Positions 12,901 to 24,946 of a stretch of 64,000 nt of DNA are shown here, one piece after another. The translations under genes and the position numbers were made by a program. Source of the stretch: Hyaloraphidium curvatum SAG 235-1 (taxonomy: Eukaryota > Fungi > Monoblepharomycota). Every line of letters begins with the position of its first letter. Position 1 is the stretch's first letter. The notes below the pieces were generated by a model. It did no database searches and was not told the DNA's origin. It was given only the letters and a program-made list of their open reading frames with translations. The stretch spans positions 496,001-560,000 of the forward strand of contig JAIVFI010000024.1 in NCBI GenBank assembly GCA_025558095.1, read 5' to 3'.

Positions 12901-15900
12901 GAAGGGCGAGCTCACGCTGCCGGAAATCCCCGGCGTGGACCTCAAGGGAGTCGAGGCCGCCCTCGGCGACCTGAAAGCCGCGATCCCCGAGGCCGAGCTG
13001 GGCAAGCTGGAAGCTGCGCTGAAAGACATTGGCAAACCCGACTTCAAGCTGCCCGAGATCGCCGGCGTGGACCTGAAGGTGTGGTTGCCCAATAGCTTCG
13101 CTGAAGCTTCTCTAATGCGCTTCGCATAGGGCCTGGAGACCGCGGTCAAGGACCTGAAGCTTCCCGATGCGCCGGCGCTGGATGCCGTTGTCGAGGAGGT
13201 CGTTGGCGAGGTCGACGTGCCTCTCAAGGCCCCCGAGATCAGCACCGCGGCTCCCCAGGTGCCCAACATCGATGCGGCGCTTCCTGACGCGCCCAAGCTC
13301 GACGCTGCGCTTCCGACCCTCGCTGCCGCCGGGCCGGCGGTCGAGGGCGTGCTCCCGAAGGGCGAGCTCACGCTGCCGGAAATCCCCGGCGTGGACCTCA
13401 AGGGAGTCGAGGCCGCCCTCGGCGACCTGAAAGCCGCGATCCCCGAGGCCGAGCTGGGCAAGCTGGAAGCTGCGCTGAAGGACATTGGCAAACCCGACTT
13501 CAAGCTGCCCGAGATCGCCGGCGTGGACCTGAAGGTGTGGTTGCCCAATAGCTTCGCTGAAGCTTCTCTAATGCGCTTCGCATAGGGCCTGGAGACCGCG
13601 GTCAAGGACCTGAAGCTTCCCGATGCGCCGGCGCTGGATGCCGTTGTCGAGGAGGTCGTTGGCGAGGTCGACGTGCCTCTCAAGGCCCCCGAGATCAGCA
13701 CCGCGGCTCCCCAGGTGCCCAAGATCGATGCGGCGCTTCCTGACGCGCCCAAGCTCGACGCTGCGCTTCCGACCCTCGCTGCCGCCGGGCCGGCGGTCGA
13801 GGGCGTGCTCCCGAAGGGCGAGCTCACGCTGCCGGAAATCCCCGGCGTGGACCTCAAGGGAGTCGAGGCCGCCCTCGGCGACCTGAAAGCCGCGATCCCC
13901 GAGGCCGAGCTGGGCAAGCTGGAAGCTGCGCTGAAGGACATTGGCAAACCCGACTTCAAGCTGCCCGAGATCGCCGGCGTGGACCTGAAGGTGTGGTTGC
14001 CCAATAGCTTCGCTGAAGCTTCTCTAATGCGCTTCGCATAGGGCCTGGAGACCGCGGTCAAGGACCTGAAGCTTCCCGATGCGCCGGCGCTGGATGCCGT
14101 TGTCGAGGAGGTCGTTGGCGAGGTCGACGTGCCTCTCAAGGCCCCCGAGATCAGCACTGCGGCTCCCCAGGTGCCCAAGATCGATGCGGCGCTTCCTGAC
14201 GCGCCCAAGCTCGACGCTGCGCTTCCGACCCTCGCTGCCGCCGGGCCGGCGGTCGAGGGCGTGCTCCCGAAGGGCGAGCTCACGCTGCCGGAAATCCCCG
14301 GCGTGGACCTCAAGGGAGTCGAGGCCGCCCTCGGCGACCTGAAAGCCGCGATCCCCGAGGCCGAGCTGGGCAAGCTGGAAGCTGCGCTGAAAGACATTGG
14401 CAAACCCGACTTCAAGCTGCCCGAGATCGCCGGCGTGGACCTGAAGGTGTGTCACACCACTAGCATGCAGAACACCGCGCCTAACTGTTGCGCTCGTTGC
14501 AGGGGCTTGAGGCTGCCGTCAAGGATGTGAAGCTGCCGGAGCTGGCGGTGCCGTCGCTGGACGCGCCTTCGATCTCGGCCTCGCTGCCCGACGCGCCCAA
14601 ACTCGATGCCACGCTGCCCGATGTGCCAAAACTCGACGCTGCGCTTCCTGATGCGCCCAAGCTCGACGCTGCGCTTCCGACCCTCGCTGCCGCCGTGCCG
14701 GCGGTCGAGGGCGTGCTCCCGAAGGGCGAGCTCACGCTGCCGCAAATCCCCGGCGTGGACCTCAAGGGAGTCGAGGCCGCCCTCGGCGACCTGAAAGCCG
14801 CGATCCCCGAGGCCGAGCTGGGCAAGCTGGAAGCTGCGCTGAAGGACATTGGCAAACCCGACTTCAAGCTGCCCGAGATCGCCGGCGTGGACCTGAAGGT
14901 GTGGTTGCCCAATAGCTTCGCTGAAGCTTCTCTAATGCGCTTCGCATAGGGCCTGGAGACCGCGGTCAAGGACCTGAAGCTTCCCGATGCGCCGGCGCTG
15001 GATGCCGTTGTCGAGGAGGTCGTTGGCGAGGTCGACGTGCCTCTCAAGGCCCCCGAGATCAGCACCGCGGCTCCCCAGGTGCCCAAGATCGATGCGGCGC
15101 TTCCTGGCGCGCCCAAGCTTGAAGCCGCGCTGCCGGACGTGCCAAAGCTCGACGCCGCGCTGCCCGACGCGCCCAAACTCGATGCCGCGCTGCCCGATGT
15201 GCCAAAACTCGACGCTGCGCTTCCTGATGCGCCCAAGCTCGACGCTGCGCTTCCGACCCTCGCTGCCGCCGTGCCGGCGGTCGAGGGCGTGCTCCCGAAG
15301 GGCGAGCTCACGCTGCCGCAAATCCCCGGCGTGGACCTCAAGGGAGTCGAGGCCGCCCTCGGCGACCTGAAAGCCGCGATCCCCGAGGCCGAGCTGGGCA
15401 AGCTGGAAGCTGCGCTGAAGGACATTGGCAAACCCGACTTCAAGCTGCCCGAGATCGCCGGCGTGGACCTGAAGGTGTGTCACACCACTAGCATGCAGAA
15501 CACCGCGCCTAACTGTTGCGCTCGTTGCAGGGGCTTGAGGCTGCCGTCAAGGATGTGAAGCTGCCGGAGCTGGCGGTGCCGTCGCTGGACGCGCCTTCGA
15601 TCTCGGCCTCGCTGCCCGACGCGCCCAAACTCGATGCCGCGCTGCCTGATGTGCCAAAATTCGACGCTGCGCTTCCTGATGCGCCCAAGCTCGACGCTGC
15701 GCTTCCGACCCTCGCTGCCGCCGTGCCGGCGGTCGAGGGCGTGCTCCCGAAGGGCGAGCTCACGCTGCCGCAAATCCCCGGCGTGGACCTCAAGGGAGTC
15801 GAGGCCGCCCTCGGCGACCTGAAAGCCGCGATCCCCGAGGCCGAGCTGGGCAAGCTGGAAGCTGCGCTGAAGGACATTGGCAAACCCGACTTCAAGCTGC

Positions 15901-18900
15901 CCGAGATCGCCGGCGTGGACCTGCAGGTGTGGTTGCCCAATAGCTTCGCTGAAGCTTCTCTAATGCGCTTCGCATAGGGCCTGGAGACCGCGGTCAAGGA
16001 CCTGAAGCTTCCCGATGCGCCGGCGCTGGATGCCGTTGTCGAGGAGGTCGTTGGCGAGGTCGACGTGCCTCTCAAGGCCCCCGAGATCAGCACCGCGGCT
16101 CCCCAGGTGCCCAAGATCGATGCGGCGCTTCCTGACGCGCCCAAGCTTGAAGCCGCGCTGCCGGACGTGCCAAAGCTCGACGCCGCGCTGCCCGACGCGC
16201 CCAAACTCGATGCCGCGCTGCCCGATGTGCCAAAACTCGACGCTGCGCTTCCTGATGCGCCCAAGCTCGACGCTGCGCTTCCGACCCTCGCTGCCGCCGT
16301 GCCGGCGGTCGAGGGCGTGCTCCCGAAGGGCGAGCTCACGCTGCCGCAAATCCCCGGCGTGGACCTCAAGGGAGTCGAGGCCGCCCTCGGCGACCTGAAA
16401 GCCGCGATCCCCGAGGCCGAGCTGGGCAAGCTGGAAGCTGCGCTGAAGGACATTGGCAAACCCGACTTCAAGCTGCCCGAGATCGCCGGCGTGGACCTGA
16501 AGGTGTGTCACACCACTAGCATGCAGAACACCGCGCCTAACTGTTGCGCTCGTTGCAGGGGCTTGAGGCTGCCGTCAAGGATGTGAAGCTGCCGGAGCTG
16601 GCGGTGCCGTCGCTGGACGCGCCTTCGATCTCGGCCTCGCTGCCCGACGCGCCCAAACTCGATGCCGCGCTGCCCGATGTGCCAAAACTCGACGCTGCGC
16701 TTCCTGATGCGCCCAAGCTGGAGGCATCCTTACCCGATGCACCGATTCTTGTGGCCGCGCTTCCCGCGTTGGCCGCTGCCGTGCCCGCTATTGAGGCGGT
16801 CCTTCCGAAGGGCGAGCTCAAGCTCCCCGAGATTCCGGGCGTCGACCTGAAGGGAGTCGAGGCCGCGCTTGGCGAGATCAAGGCCAAGCTGCCCGAGGCC
16901 GACCTGGGAAAACTGGAAGTTGCGCTCAAGGACATAGGGAAGCCAGAGTTCAAGCTCCCTGAAATCCCCGGCGTCGATCTCTCTGTAAGGATTTGGAGCT
17001 GCCATCCAGGTGATGCGTCTTACCGCCTTGTCTTCAGGGTCTTGATGCAGCGGTTAAGGGGGTCACTCTTCCGGAGCTCAAGGCCCCGGAACTTCCGTCG
17101 CTCGACGTCAAGCTGCCTTCCATCGACGCAAAAGTGCCCGACATTAAGGCCGAGCTCCCCTCGCTCGACGCGAAGCTGCCAGAGCTCAAAGCGCCCGAGA
17201 TTCCGTCTATTTCGGCCGCTCTCCCGGACGTCAAGGCCCCCGAGCTGCCCTCTCTCGACGCGAAGCTGCCAGAAATCACGGCCCGAGCGCTGCCTACCAT
17301 TGACGCCACTTTGCCGGAGCTCAAAGCCCCCGAGCTGCCCTCTATCGACGCGAAGCTGCCAGAGCTCAAAGCGCCCGAGATTCCGTCTATTTCGGCCGCT
17401 CTCCCGGACGTCAAGGCCCCAGAGCTGCCCTCTCTCGACGCAAAGCTGCCAGAAATCACGGCCCGAGCGCTGCCTACCATTGACGCCACTTTGCCGGAGC
17501 TCAAAGCCCCCGAGCTGCCCTCTATCGACGCGAAGCTGCCAGAGCTCAAAGCGCCCGAGATTCCGTCTATTTCGGCCGCTCTCCCGGACGTCAAGGCCCC
17601 AGAGCTGCCCTCTCTCGACGCAAAGCTGCCAGAAATCACGGCCCGAGCGCTGCCTACCATTGACGCCACTTTGCCGGAGCTCAAAGCCCCCGAGCTGCCC
17701 TCTATCGACGCGAAGCTGCCGGAGCTCAAAGCGCCCGAGATTCCGTCTATTTCGGCCGCTCTCCCGGACGTCAAGGCCCCGGAGCTGCCCTCTATCGACG
17801 CGAAGCTGCCAGAGCTCAAAGCGCCCGAGATTCCGTCTATTTCGGCCGCTCTCCCGGACGTCAAGGCCGCGGAGCTGCCCTCTATCGACGCGAAGCTGCC
17901 AGAAATCACGGCCCGAGCGCTGCCTACCATTGACGCCACTTTGCCGGAGCTCAAAGCCCCCGAGCTGCCCTCTATCGACGCGAAGCTGCCAGAGCTCAAA
18001 GCGCCCGAGATTCCGTCTATTTCGGCCGCTCTCCCGGACGTCAAGGCCCCGGAGCTGCCCTCTATCGACGCGAAGCTGCCAGAAATCACGGCCCGAGCGC
18101 TGCCTACCATTGACGCCACTTTGCCGGAGCTCAAAGCCCCCGAGCTGCCCTCTATCGACGCGAAGCTGCCGGAGCTCAAAGCGCCCGAGATTCCGTCTAT
18201 TTCGGCCGCTCTCCCGGACGTCAAGGCCCCGGAGCTGCCCTCTATCGACGCGAAGCTGCCAGAGCTCAAAGCGCCCGAGATTCCGTCTATTTCGGCCGCT
18301 CTCCCGGACGTCAAGGCCGCGGAGCTGCCCTCTATCGACGCGAAGCTGCCAGAAATCACGGCCCGAGCGCTGCCTACCATTGACGCCACTTTGCCGGAGC
18401 TCAAAGCCCCCGAGCTGCCCTCTATCGACGCGAAGCTGCCAGAGCTCAAAGCGCCCGAGATTCCGTCTATTTCGGCCGCTCTCCCGGACGTCAAGGCCCC
18501 GGAGCTGCCCTCTATCGACGCGAAGCTGCCAGAAATCACGGCCCGAGCGCTGCCTACCATTGACGCCACTTTGCCGGAGCTCAAAGCCCCCGAGCTGCCC
18601 TCTATCGACGCGAAGCTGCCGGAGCTCAAAGCGCCCGAGATTCCGTCTATTTCGGCCGCTCTCCCGGACGTCAAGGCCCCGGAGCTGCCCTCTATCGACG
18701 CGAAGCTGCCAGAGCTCAAAGCGCCCGAGATTCCGTCTATTTCGGCCGCTCTCCCGGACGTCAAGGCCGCGGAGCTGCCCTCTCTCGACGCGAAGCTGCC
18801 GGAGCTCAAAGCGCCCGAGATTCCGTCTATTTCGGCCGCTCTCCCGGACGTCAAGGCCCCGGAGCTGCCCTCTATCGACGCGAAGCTGCCAGAAATCACG

Positions 18901-21120
18901 GCCCGAGCGCTGCCTACCATTGACGCCACTTTGCCGGAGCTCAAAGCCCCGGAGCTGCCCTCTCTCGACGCGAAGCTGCCAGAGCTCAAAGCGCCCGAGA
19001 TTCCGTCTATTTCGGCCGCTCTCCCGGACGTCAAGGCCCCGGAGCTGCCCTCTCTCGACGCGAAGCTGCCAGAGCTCAAAGCGCCCGAGATTCCGTCTAT
19101 TTCGGCCGCTCTCCCGGACGTCAAGGCTCCGGAGCTGCCCTCTATCGACGCGAAGCTGCCAGAGCTCAAAGCGCCCGAGATTCCGTCTATTTCGGCCGCT
19201 CTCCCGGACGTCAAGGCCGCGGAGCTGCCCTCTCTCGACGCGAAGCTGCCAGAGCTCAAAGCGCCCGAGATTCCGTCTATTTCGGCCGCTCTCCCGGACG
19301 TCAAGGCCCCGGAGCTGCCCTCTCTCGACGCGAAGCTGCCAGAGCTCAAAGCGCCCGAGATTCCGTCTATTTCGGCCGCTCTCCCGGACGTCAAGGCCCC
19401 GGAGCTGCCCTCTATCGACGCGAAGCTGCCAGAGCTCAAAGCGCCCGAGATTCCGTCTATTTCGGCCGCTCTCCCGGACGTCAAGGCCCCGGAGCTGCCC
19501 TCTATCGACGCGAAGCTGCCAGAAATCACGGCCCGAGCGCTGCCTACCATTGACGCCACTTTGCCGGAGCTCAAAGCCCCGGAGCTGCCCTCTCTCGACG
19601 CGAAGCTGCCAGAGCTCAAAGCGCCCGAGATTCCGTCTATTTCGGCCGCTCTCCCGGACGTCAAGGCCCCGGAGCTGCCCTCTATCGACGCAAAGCTCCC
19701 TTCGATCGATGCAGCGTTGCCCGATGTGAACCTGGGCGACGTCAAGCTCCCAGAGATCCCCGGCGTGGAGCTCGCAGGCGTCAAGGCGGCCCTTGGCGAC
19801 CTCAAGCTGAAGATGCCCGAGGCCGACTTTGGCAAGCTCGAGGCGTCGCTCGGCGACATTGGCAAGCCCGGCTTCAAGCTCCCGGAGATCCCCGGGGTCG
19901 ACCTTTCGGTACGTCGTAGTCTCGTGTCGGTTTCGGGCAGGTCTCTGATCACCTCTACTCGCAGGGTCTTGATGCGGAGATCAAGGGTTTGAAGCTGCCG
20001 GAGGTCGCGTTGCCCGCGGTTGCTTTGGACGCGAAGCTACCATCTGTCGATCTCCCTTCGGTCGACGTCAACCTCCCGACCGTGGATGCTTCCCTGCCCA
20101 GCATTTCGGGCGACTTCAAACTCCCCGAAATTCCCGGCGTCGATCTCGGCGGCGTCAACGCGGCCCTCGGCGACCTCAAGATGAAGATGCCGCAAGCGGA
20201 CTTTGACAGCATGTTGGGCTCGCTCAAGGGTATCGGCACCCCGGGATGGAAGCTCCCGAACCTGTCGGCCATGTTCCCGGGCATCGACTTCAAGGTACGC
20301 ATGAACTCATGCCCCGCGCGATCCCTCCCTGACGCTCCGCCGTCCAGCCCCTCGGTGTCGCCGTCGCCGGTGCCCTGGGCGTCGCGGTGAGCACCGACGC
20401 CCCCGTGACGGCAGAGAGCGTGGACCGCCTCCAGGCCGCGGCCCGCTACCGCGTTTTGGCCATGATTGACTTCGCAAGCGCCATCATGCGCGAACGCATG
20501 CCTGCTGCGGTGGGTTGGACATGCATTCGTGACGGACGGAGCGCTGATTCGCATCTTCATGCAGCACAAGCGCTACACGCGCGGGGGCAAGTCGATCTAC
20601 GCCCCGATCGCCTCGGGCGAAGAGCTCCAGCGGAACGCAGGGCAAGACTTTGTCGCCTCGTTCCGTGCGGAAAACCTGGATCGGAAGGACTTCCTAGGCA
20701 AGAGCGATCCGTACCTCCGCGTCCTGCGCCCGACGCGCGAGGGCGGCCTCATCCCGATCGCCGACACCGAGGTCGTGCCCAAGGAGCTGAACCCCAAGTG
20801 GAAGCCGCTCGCGCTGCACGTCGACGCCCTGTGCCGTGGTGACATGGACGTGCCCCTCCTGTTCGAAGTCTGGGATTCAGATCAGGGGAGCGATGATGAC
20901 TTTATCGGTTTCGCCGAGGCGAGCGTCAACGACCTCATCAAGGCCGCAGGCGGGCGGGTCAAGTTCCCGCTTATCAACCCGTCGCTCGCAAAGAGCAAGA
21001 AGAACTACGTGGACTCCGGGAAGCTGATCGTGAGTGGGACCGCGCTCGCGCCCCCTGCGGTATCTGATCCCCCCGATCGCGCAGCTGGACACGTACAGCA
21101 TCACTCAGAAATCCGGGTAG
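7000..21120 (+). CDS. Giant (~4,250 aa) repeat protein: 2 Ig-like domains, acidic helical region, 11-mer repeats, AHNAK/periaxin-like repeats, C-terminal copine-type C2 domain
   Basis: 24 GT-AG introns: 7015-7163, 7399-7447, 8006-8058, 8443-8495, 9563-9609, 9695-9750, 9981-10036, nine 51-nt and three 56-nt repeat introns, 16985-17037, 19909-19964, 20295-20347, 20510-20564, 21030-21084. Removing them gives one open frame of 12,759 nt ending GKLILDTYSITQKSG*. C2 motifs: NLDRKDFLGKSDPYL, TEVVPKELNPKW, FEVWDSD..SDDDFIG. Confidence 0.8.
10926..16984 (+). repeat. Tandem array of exon+intron units (456-bp units, then 1,028-bp higher-order units)
   Basis: Near-identical ORFs recur every 456 bp (11849, 12305, 12761, 13217, 13673, 14129) and every 1,028 bp (14488, 15516, 16544). 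Each unit includes its intron. Confidence 0.95.
17134..19700 (+). repeat. Coding minisatellite of 45-bp (15-aa) monomers arranged as 90- and 180-bp higher-order units
   Basis: Monomers PELKAPEIPSISAAL, PDVKAPELPS(L/I)DAKL, PEITARALPTIDATL and PELKAPELPSIDAKL; roughly 57 monomers in total. Confidence 0.95.
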
Positions 21121-21596
21121 AGTAACGTAACTGTCGTATGCTATGGCGTGTAGACAACCAAACTGCGTCGCAATCTATTGTTCTGCTGTCGTTCAATCGT
21201 GGCAGGTGACCCAGAGACGGGCTGTGCACGTAAAGTTACGGTCCAAGCTTTCCTGCTACTCGAAGGCCGTCTGATCGCATCAATCGCGATCAGGTTCTCA
21301 CGCTTTTGTCGCCCAACGGTGACTGGTGTGATCGGTGGCGAAGAGGATTGGGGTATGGGAGTCACGGACCTGCATTGGCATCTGAGCGGCACCGGACCCC
21401 CGGAAAGTGAGACTAGGGTTATCAATTGGCAGATGTACGTGGTCCATGCCACCGTGCAAGCATCACGGAACGCGCGCATCGAGCCGAGATAGCAATGGTG
21501 GGTGGCTGTGTGGCCTCACCTCCACCCGAGTTCAGCCGGAACCGAAGCCCGCGTGACCTCGGACACACCATTCGAAGCTGCTCACCGCCTGCAAAC

Positions 21597-22332
21597 ATGA
21601 CCCGGCTCGCCTCCGCATTCCGGGCGGCGCTTGCGCCGACGTGCGCCGCCCGCTCAGCCGGCCTCGCGCGCGTCCGCGCTCCCCGCGTCGCTGTTGCGGC
21701 CCGCGCGATCGCGTCGTCCGCCGCCGCGCGCGCGCCGAGCCCCGCGGCGCGCCCGCTGCCGCCGCCGGCCGAGCTGCTGCACTCATTCGACGAGGACCTC
21801 TCCGCGCTGTTCGACCGCGACGGCCGCGGCGCTGGCGAGGCGCTGGCAGCCGAGCCCTTCGCCGCAGACTTCTTCTTCGACCAGCCGCAGCTGGACGACG
21901 CCTCGGAGGAGGAGGCGCTGCGAGCCGTGCTGGAGGGAGGTCGGTGGTTTCATCTCCTTCGCCGGGGCCTTGTTTGACGCCCGATCGCAGAGTACAAGCG
22001 CCACCTGTACCAGAGCCGCCGCACGTCGCCCACGCTCGGCTCGATGGGCGACTACGTGCAGCTCTTCGAGGAGGCCAACCCGCCGGAGCTCGCGCCGTAC
22101 TACAAGCGCCGACTACAAGCGCCGGCTTTCAGCACCACGACGTCGGTGTTCGAGGGCATGGACGAGGAGGCCAACCCGCCTGAGATGTCTCCCGGTGAGC
22201 ACCTCCGGCGGCCCGGCTCTTCGGTGGCGGTCGCTGACGGCCCGCATGCCCCTCCCAGAGTTCAAGCGCAACCTGAAGGAGCACGCCCGCCCGCTCCTCG
22301 AGCGCCTCGTCATCCCCGGCGGGTCCAGCTAG
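21597..22332 (+). CDS. Hypothetical protein with mitochondrial-presequence-like N-terminus (3 exons)
   Basis: Arg/Ala/Ser-rich, acid-free N-terminus. Introns ~21940-21990 and ~22195-22258 join three ORF segments; strong GC3 coding bias. Confidence 0.6.
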
Positions 22333-22756
22333 GCGCTGGCCGCCCGGCACCCGCCAGCACTGTAGATACCGCTCGATTGCCAACCGTGTGGCCCGCGTGA
22401 CGGCCGGAACTGTGTATTGCCATCGTATGTTGTTGTGATTCCTGGCGCGATTGTGTGCGAGTGAGGGGACAGGCGATCTTGGATGGGAATGAATGCTGTC
22501 TGCTTGAAGTGATTTGAATTGATTGGTGTTGCTACATCCTCACGATCTCGCTCTGGGGCCGATGCCTCATCAATACCTCTCTCGCACACTGTCCGCTCGT
22601 ATTCGTCCATCACTCAACAGGATGGCCTTCCACATCATCCAATCCTTCTTCAATATCGGTTGCTGCCGCACTGCCCGAGAAGCCGCGTTATCCTGGGGTT
22701 AAATCATCGCGTTGCGCGAGCTCACCATGCTGTCGATGGTCCGCATGCTGCGCATG

Positions 22757-23869
22757 CTACTCGCTAGCACTCGTCGCCATCGCTTCCTTGGTGGCGCGCG
22801 GCGGGGACCTGGCCTTGATGGGGTTCTGCAAGTCCGGCAGCAGCCTCCGAAGCTTGTTGAAGTCCCCACCCCACATCGTGATATAGGGCTCTCCGTCCTG
22901 CATCCGCACGAGCTCCACTCGGGCGGGTGGCTCGTGGAGGCGCCCGAGCAGGTCCCAGATCGTTTCGCGCCAGAAGCTATCGGGGAGCCCGGCGTCTTCG
23001 CAGCCACGGATCCGGATGCACTGCGGGGCAAACCTGGGGGTGCCGACGGCCGCCTCGAGCTGGTTGGGGTAGATCTCCACGCGCGCAACACGGAAGAACT
23101 GCAAGACACTGGCGAGGCGCGGATGTCCGTGGAGATCGGCAAGCCTTTCCACGTCGCCCGACTCGATCGGCCATTCGAACCCTTTGGGCGAGGTGAAGCG
23201 GAGAGCTTCAAGGCCCGGAAACATGGCATCTACTCGTACCAGAATTCCTTCATGTTCAAGGGGTGCACACCCAGGGTTTCGACCTTCAAGCACTTGACCT
23301 GAGGCACAATGGGCCTCAGGGGGTGGCTGAAGGCATGGAAGTTCGACAGCGAAATGGTGACTTCTTCGGGGTCCGGCCCCGCGTGCGAAAGGAGGCGGCA
23401 CAGATGCCAGTCGTTGTCCCGCAGTGCGCTGTCCGGGCCACGAGACATCGAGGGCTGCGCCATATAGCAACCGCGACTGCCTTGAGCTGCGGCATGAACC
23501 TGATTCCGATCTTGATGAGGGGTTCCTCGTACAAGAACGACAAGTCGCAGCGGAGATCGAGGCTTCGAACGTGTGCGAACCTGCCCTCCGGGGCCATGGT
23601 CCTCACTTCGTTCTCCCACGAGGAAGGCTTCCGCCAGACTTCTTGGATCGCCAGCTCATTCATCAGAGCCGGCATCCCGGCCTCGTAGGTAACATTGCTG
23701 CAGCGCACGAACTTCGCAAGAGTGCCCCGGAGGCGGGCCGCGGCGAGCTGCTCGGCAACGGCCGTGAGGACCTTGGGGGGGGGGGCGCGAGTGATGCAAC
23801 GGAGGGCGAGCCGGCAGCAGCACTTTCGGGCGGCAGGATGGCGGGGCCGACAACAAGAGACGCTTCCAT
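22757..23869 (-). pseudogene. Frameshifted F-box-like protein pseudogene
   Basis: Protein-like sequence switches frame several times without usable splice sites (SLAP/PKVLTAVAEQLAAARLRGTLAKFVRCSNVTYEAGMPAL...). The first shift is at a G11 run, 23775-23785. Confidence 0.5.
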
Positions 23870-24129
23870 CGTCGTGTGGTGCCAGTGAACGAGAGAGCGG
23901 CAGAAACGGCGGGGGGTCCTCCGAATGGTTGCTCCGGTGAATGTGATGGCAGGTCGGGCGGCTCTAGTACCATGTACAGACCAAACCAAAATGTCGTGCG
24001 ACTCCCGGTCGGGCACGAAAACCGCGAGCAGATCGGGAGACTACCCTTCAATAATGCCGTTTCATAGGAGACCGCCTCACGTCTATTCAACAAAGAACCT
24101 CCGATGCTTCAGATTTCAATCATCGCCCA

Positions 24130-24884
24130 CCGGGCATCGACTTCAAGGTACGCATGAACTCGTGGCCCGCGCGATCCCTGCTGACGCTCCGCCCCAGCCC
24201 CTCGGTGTCGCCATCGCTGGTGCCCTGGGCGTCGCGGTGAGCACCGACGCCCCCGTGACGGCAGAGAGCGTGGAGCGCCTCCAGGGCGCGGCCCGCTACC
24301 GCGTTTTGGCCCTGATCAACTTCGCAAGCGCCATCATGCGCGAACGCATGCCTGCTGCGGTGGGTTGGACATGCATTCGTGACGGACGGAGCGCTGATTC
24401 GCATCTTCATGCAGCACAAGCGCTACACGCGCGGGGGCAAGTCGATCTACGCCCCGATCGCCTCGGGCGAAGAGCTCCAGCGGAACGCAGGGCAAGACTT
24501 TGTCGCCTCGTTCCGTGCGGAAAACCTGGATCGGAAGGACTTCCTAGGCAAGAGCGACCCCTGTCTTCGCGTCCTGCGCCCGACGCGCGAGGGCGGGCTC
24601 ATCCCGATCGCCGACACCGAGGTCGTGCCCAAGGAGCTGAACCCCAAGTGGAAGCCGCTGGCGCTGAACGTCGACGCCCTGTGCCCCGGTGACATGGACG
24701 TGCCCCTCCTGTTCGAAGTCTGGGATTCAGATCAGGGGAGCGATGATGACTTTATCGGTTTCGCCGAGGCGAGCGTCAACGAGCTCATCAAGGCCGCCGG
24801 CGGGCGGGTCAAGTTCCCGCTCATCAACCCGTCGCTCGCAAAGAGCAAGAAGAACTACGTGGACTCGGGGAAGCTGATCGTGAG
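24130..24884 (+). pseudogene. Duplicated fragment of the giant gene 3' end (pre-C2 and C2 exons, with introns)
   Basis: Near-identical to 20277-21034 including two introns. Substitutions include DPY->DPC. No upstream exon and no terminal exon. Confidence 0.85.
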
Positions 24885-24946
24885 GCGGTTTGCGTTGACG
24901 AATACATATCGAATACATATCGAATGACAGTGGTGCAGAAGCCCTC

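Noticed and set aside
10033-14415. 1,460-aa antisense ORF across the repeat array
   Set aside because: Shadow frame. Stops in this offset frame need Tyr/His/Gln codons in the sense frame, which the repeat nearly lacks, and the 51-nt intron preserves frame. Splice signals and codon bias support the + strand.
11186-19700. Repeat arrays as CRISPR or as multiple small genes
   Set aside because: There are no unique spacers and no cas genes, the context is eukaryotic, and the units are exons of one gene.
16544-19952. 1,061-aa alternative-frame ORF and 972-aa antisense ORF over the minisatellite
   Set aside because: Stop-free by repetition of a 45-bp unit. The real frame is fixed by introns 16985-17037 and 19909-19964.
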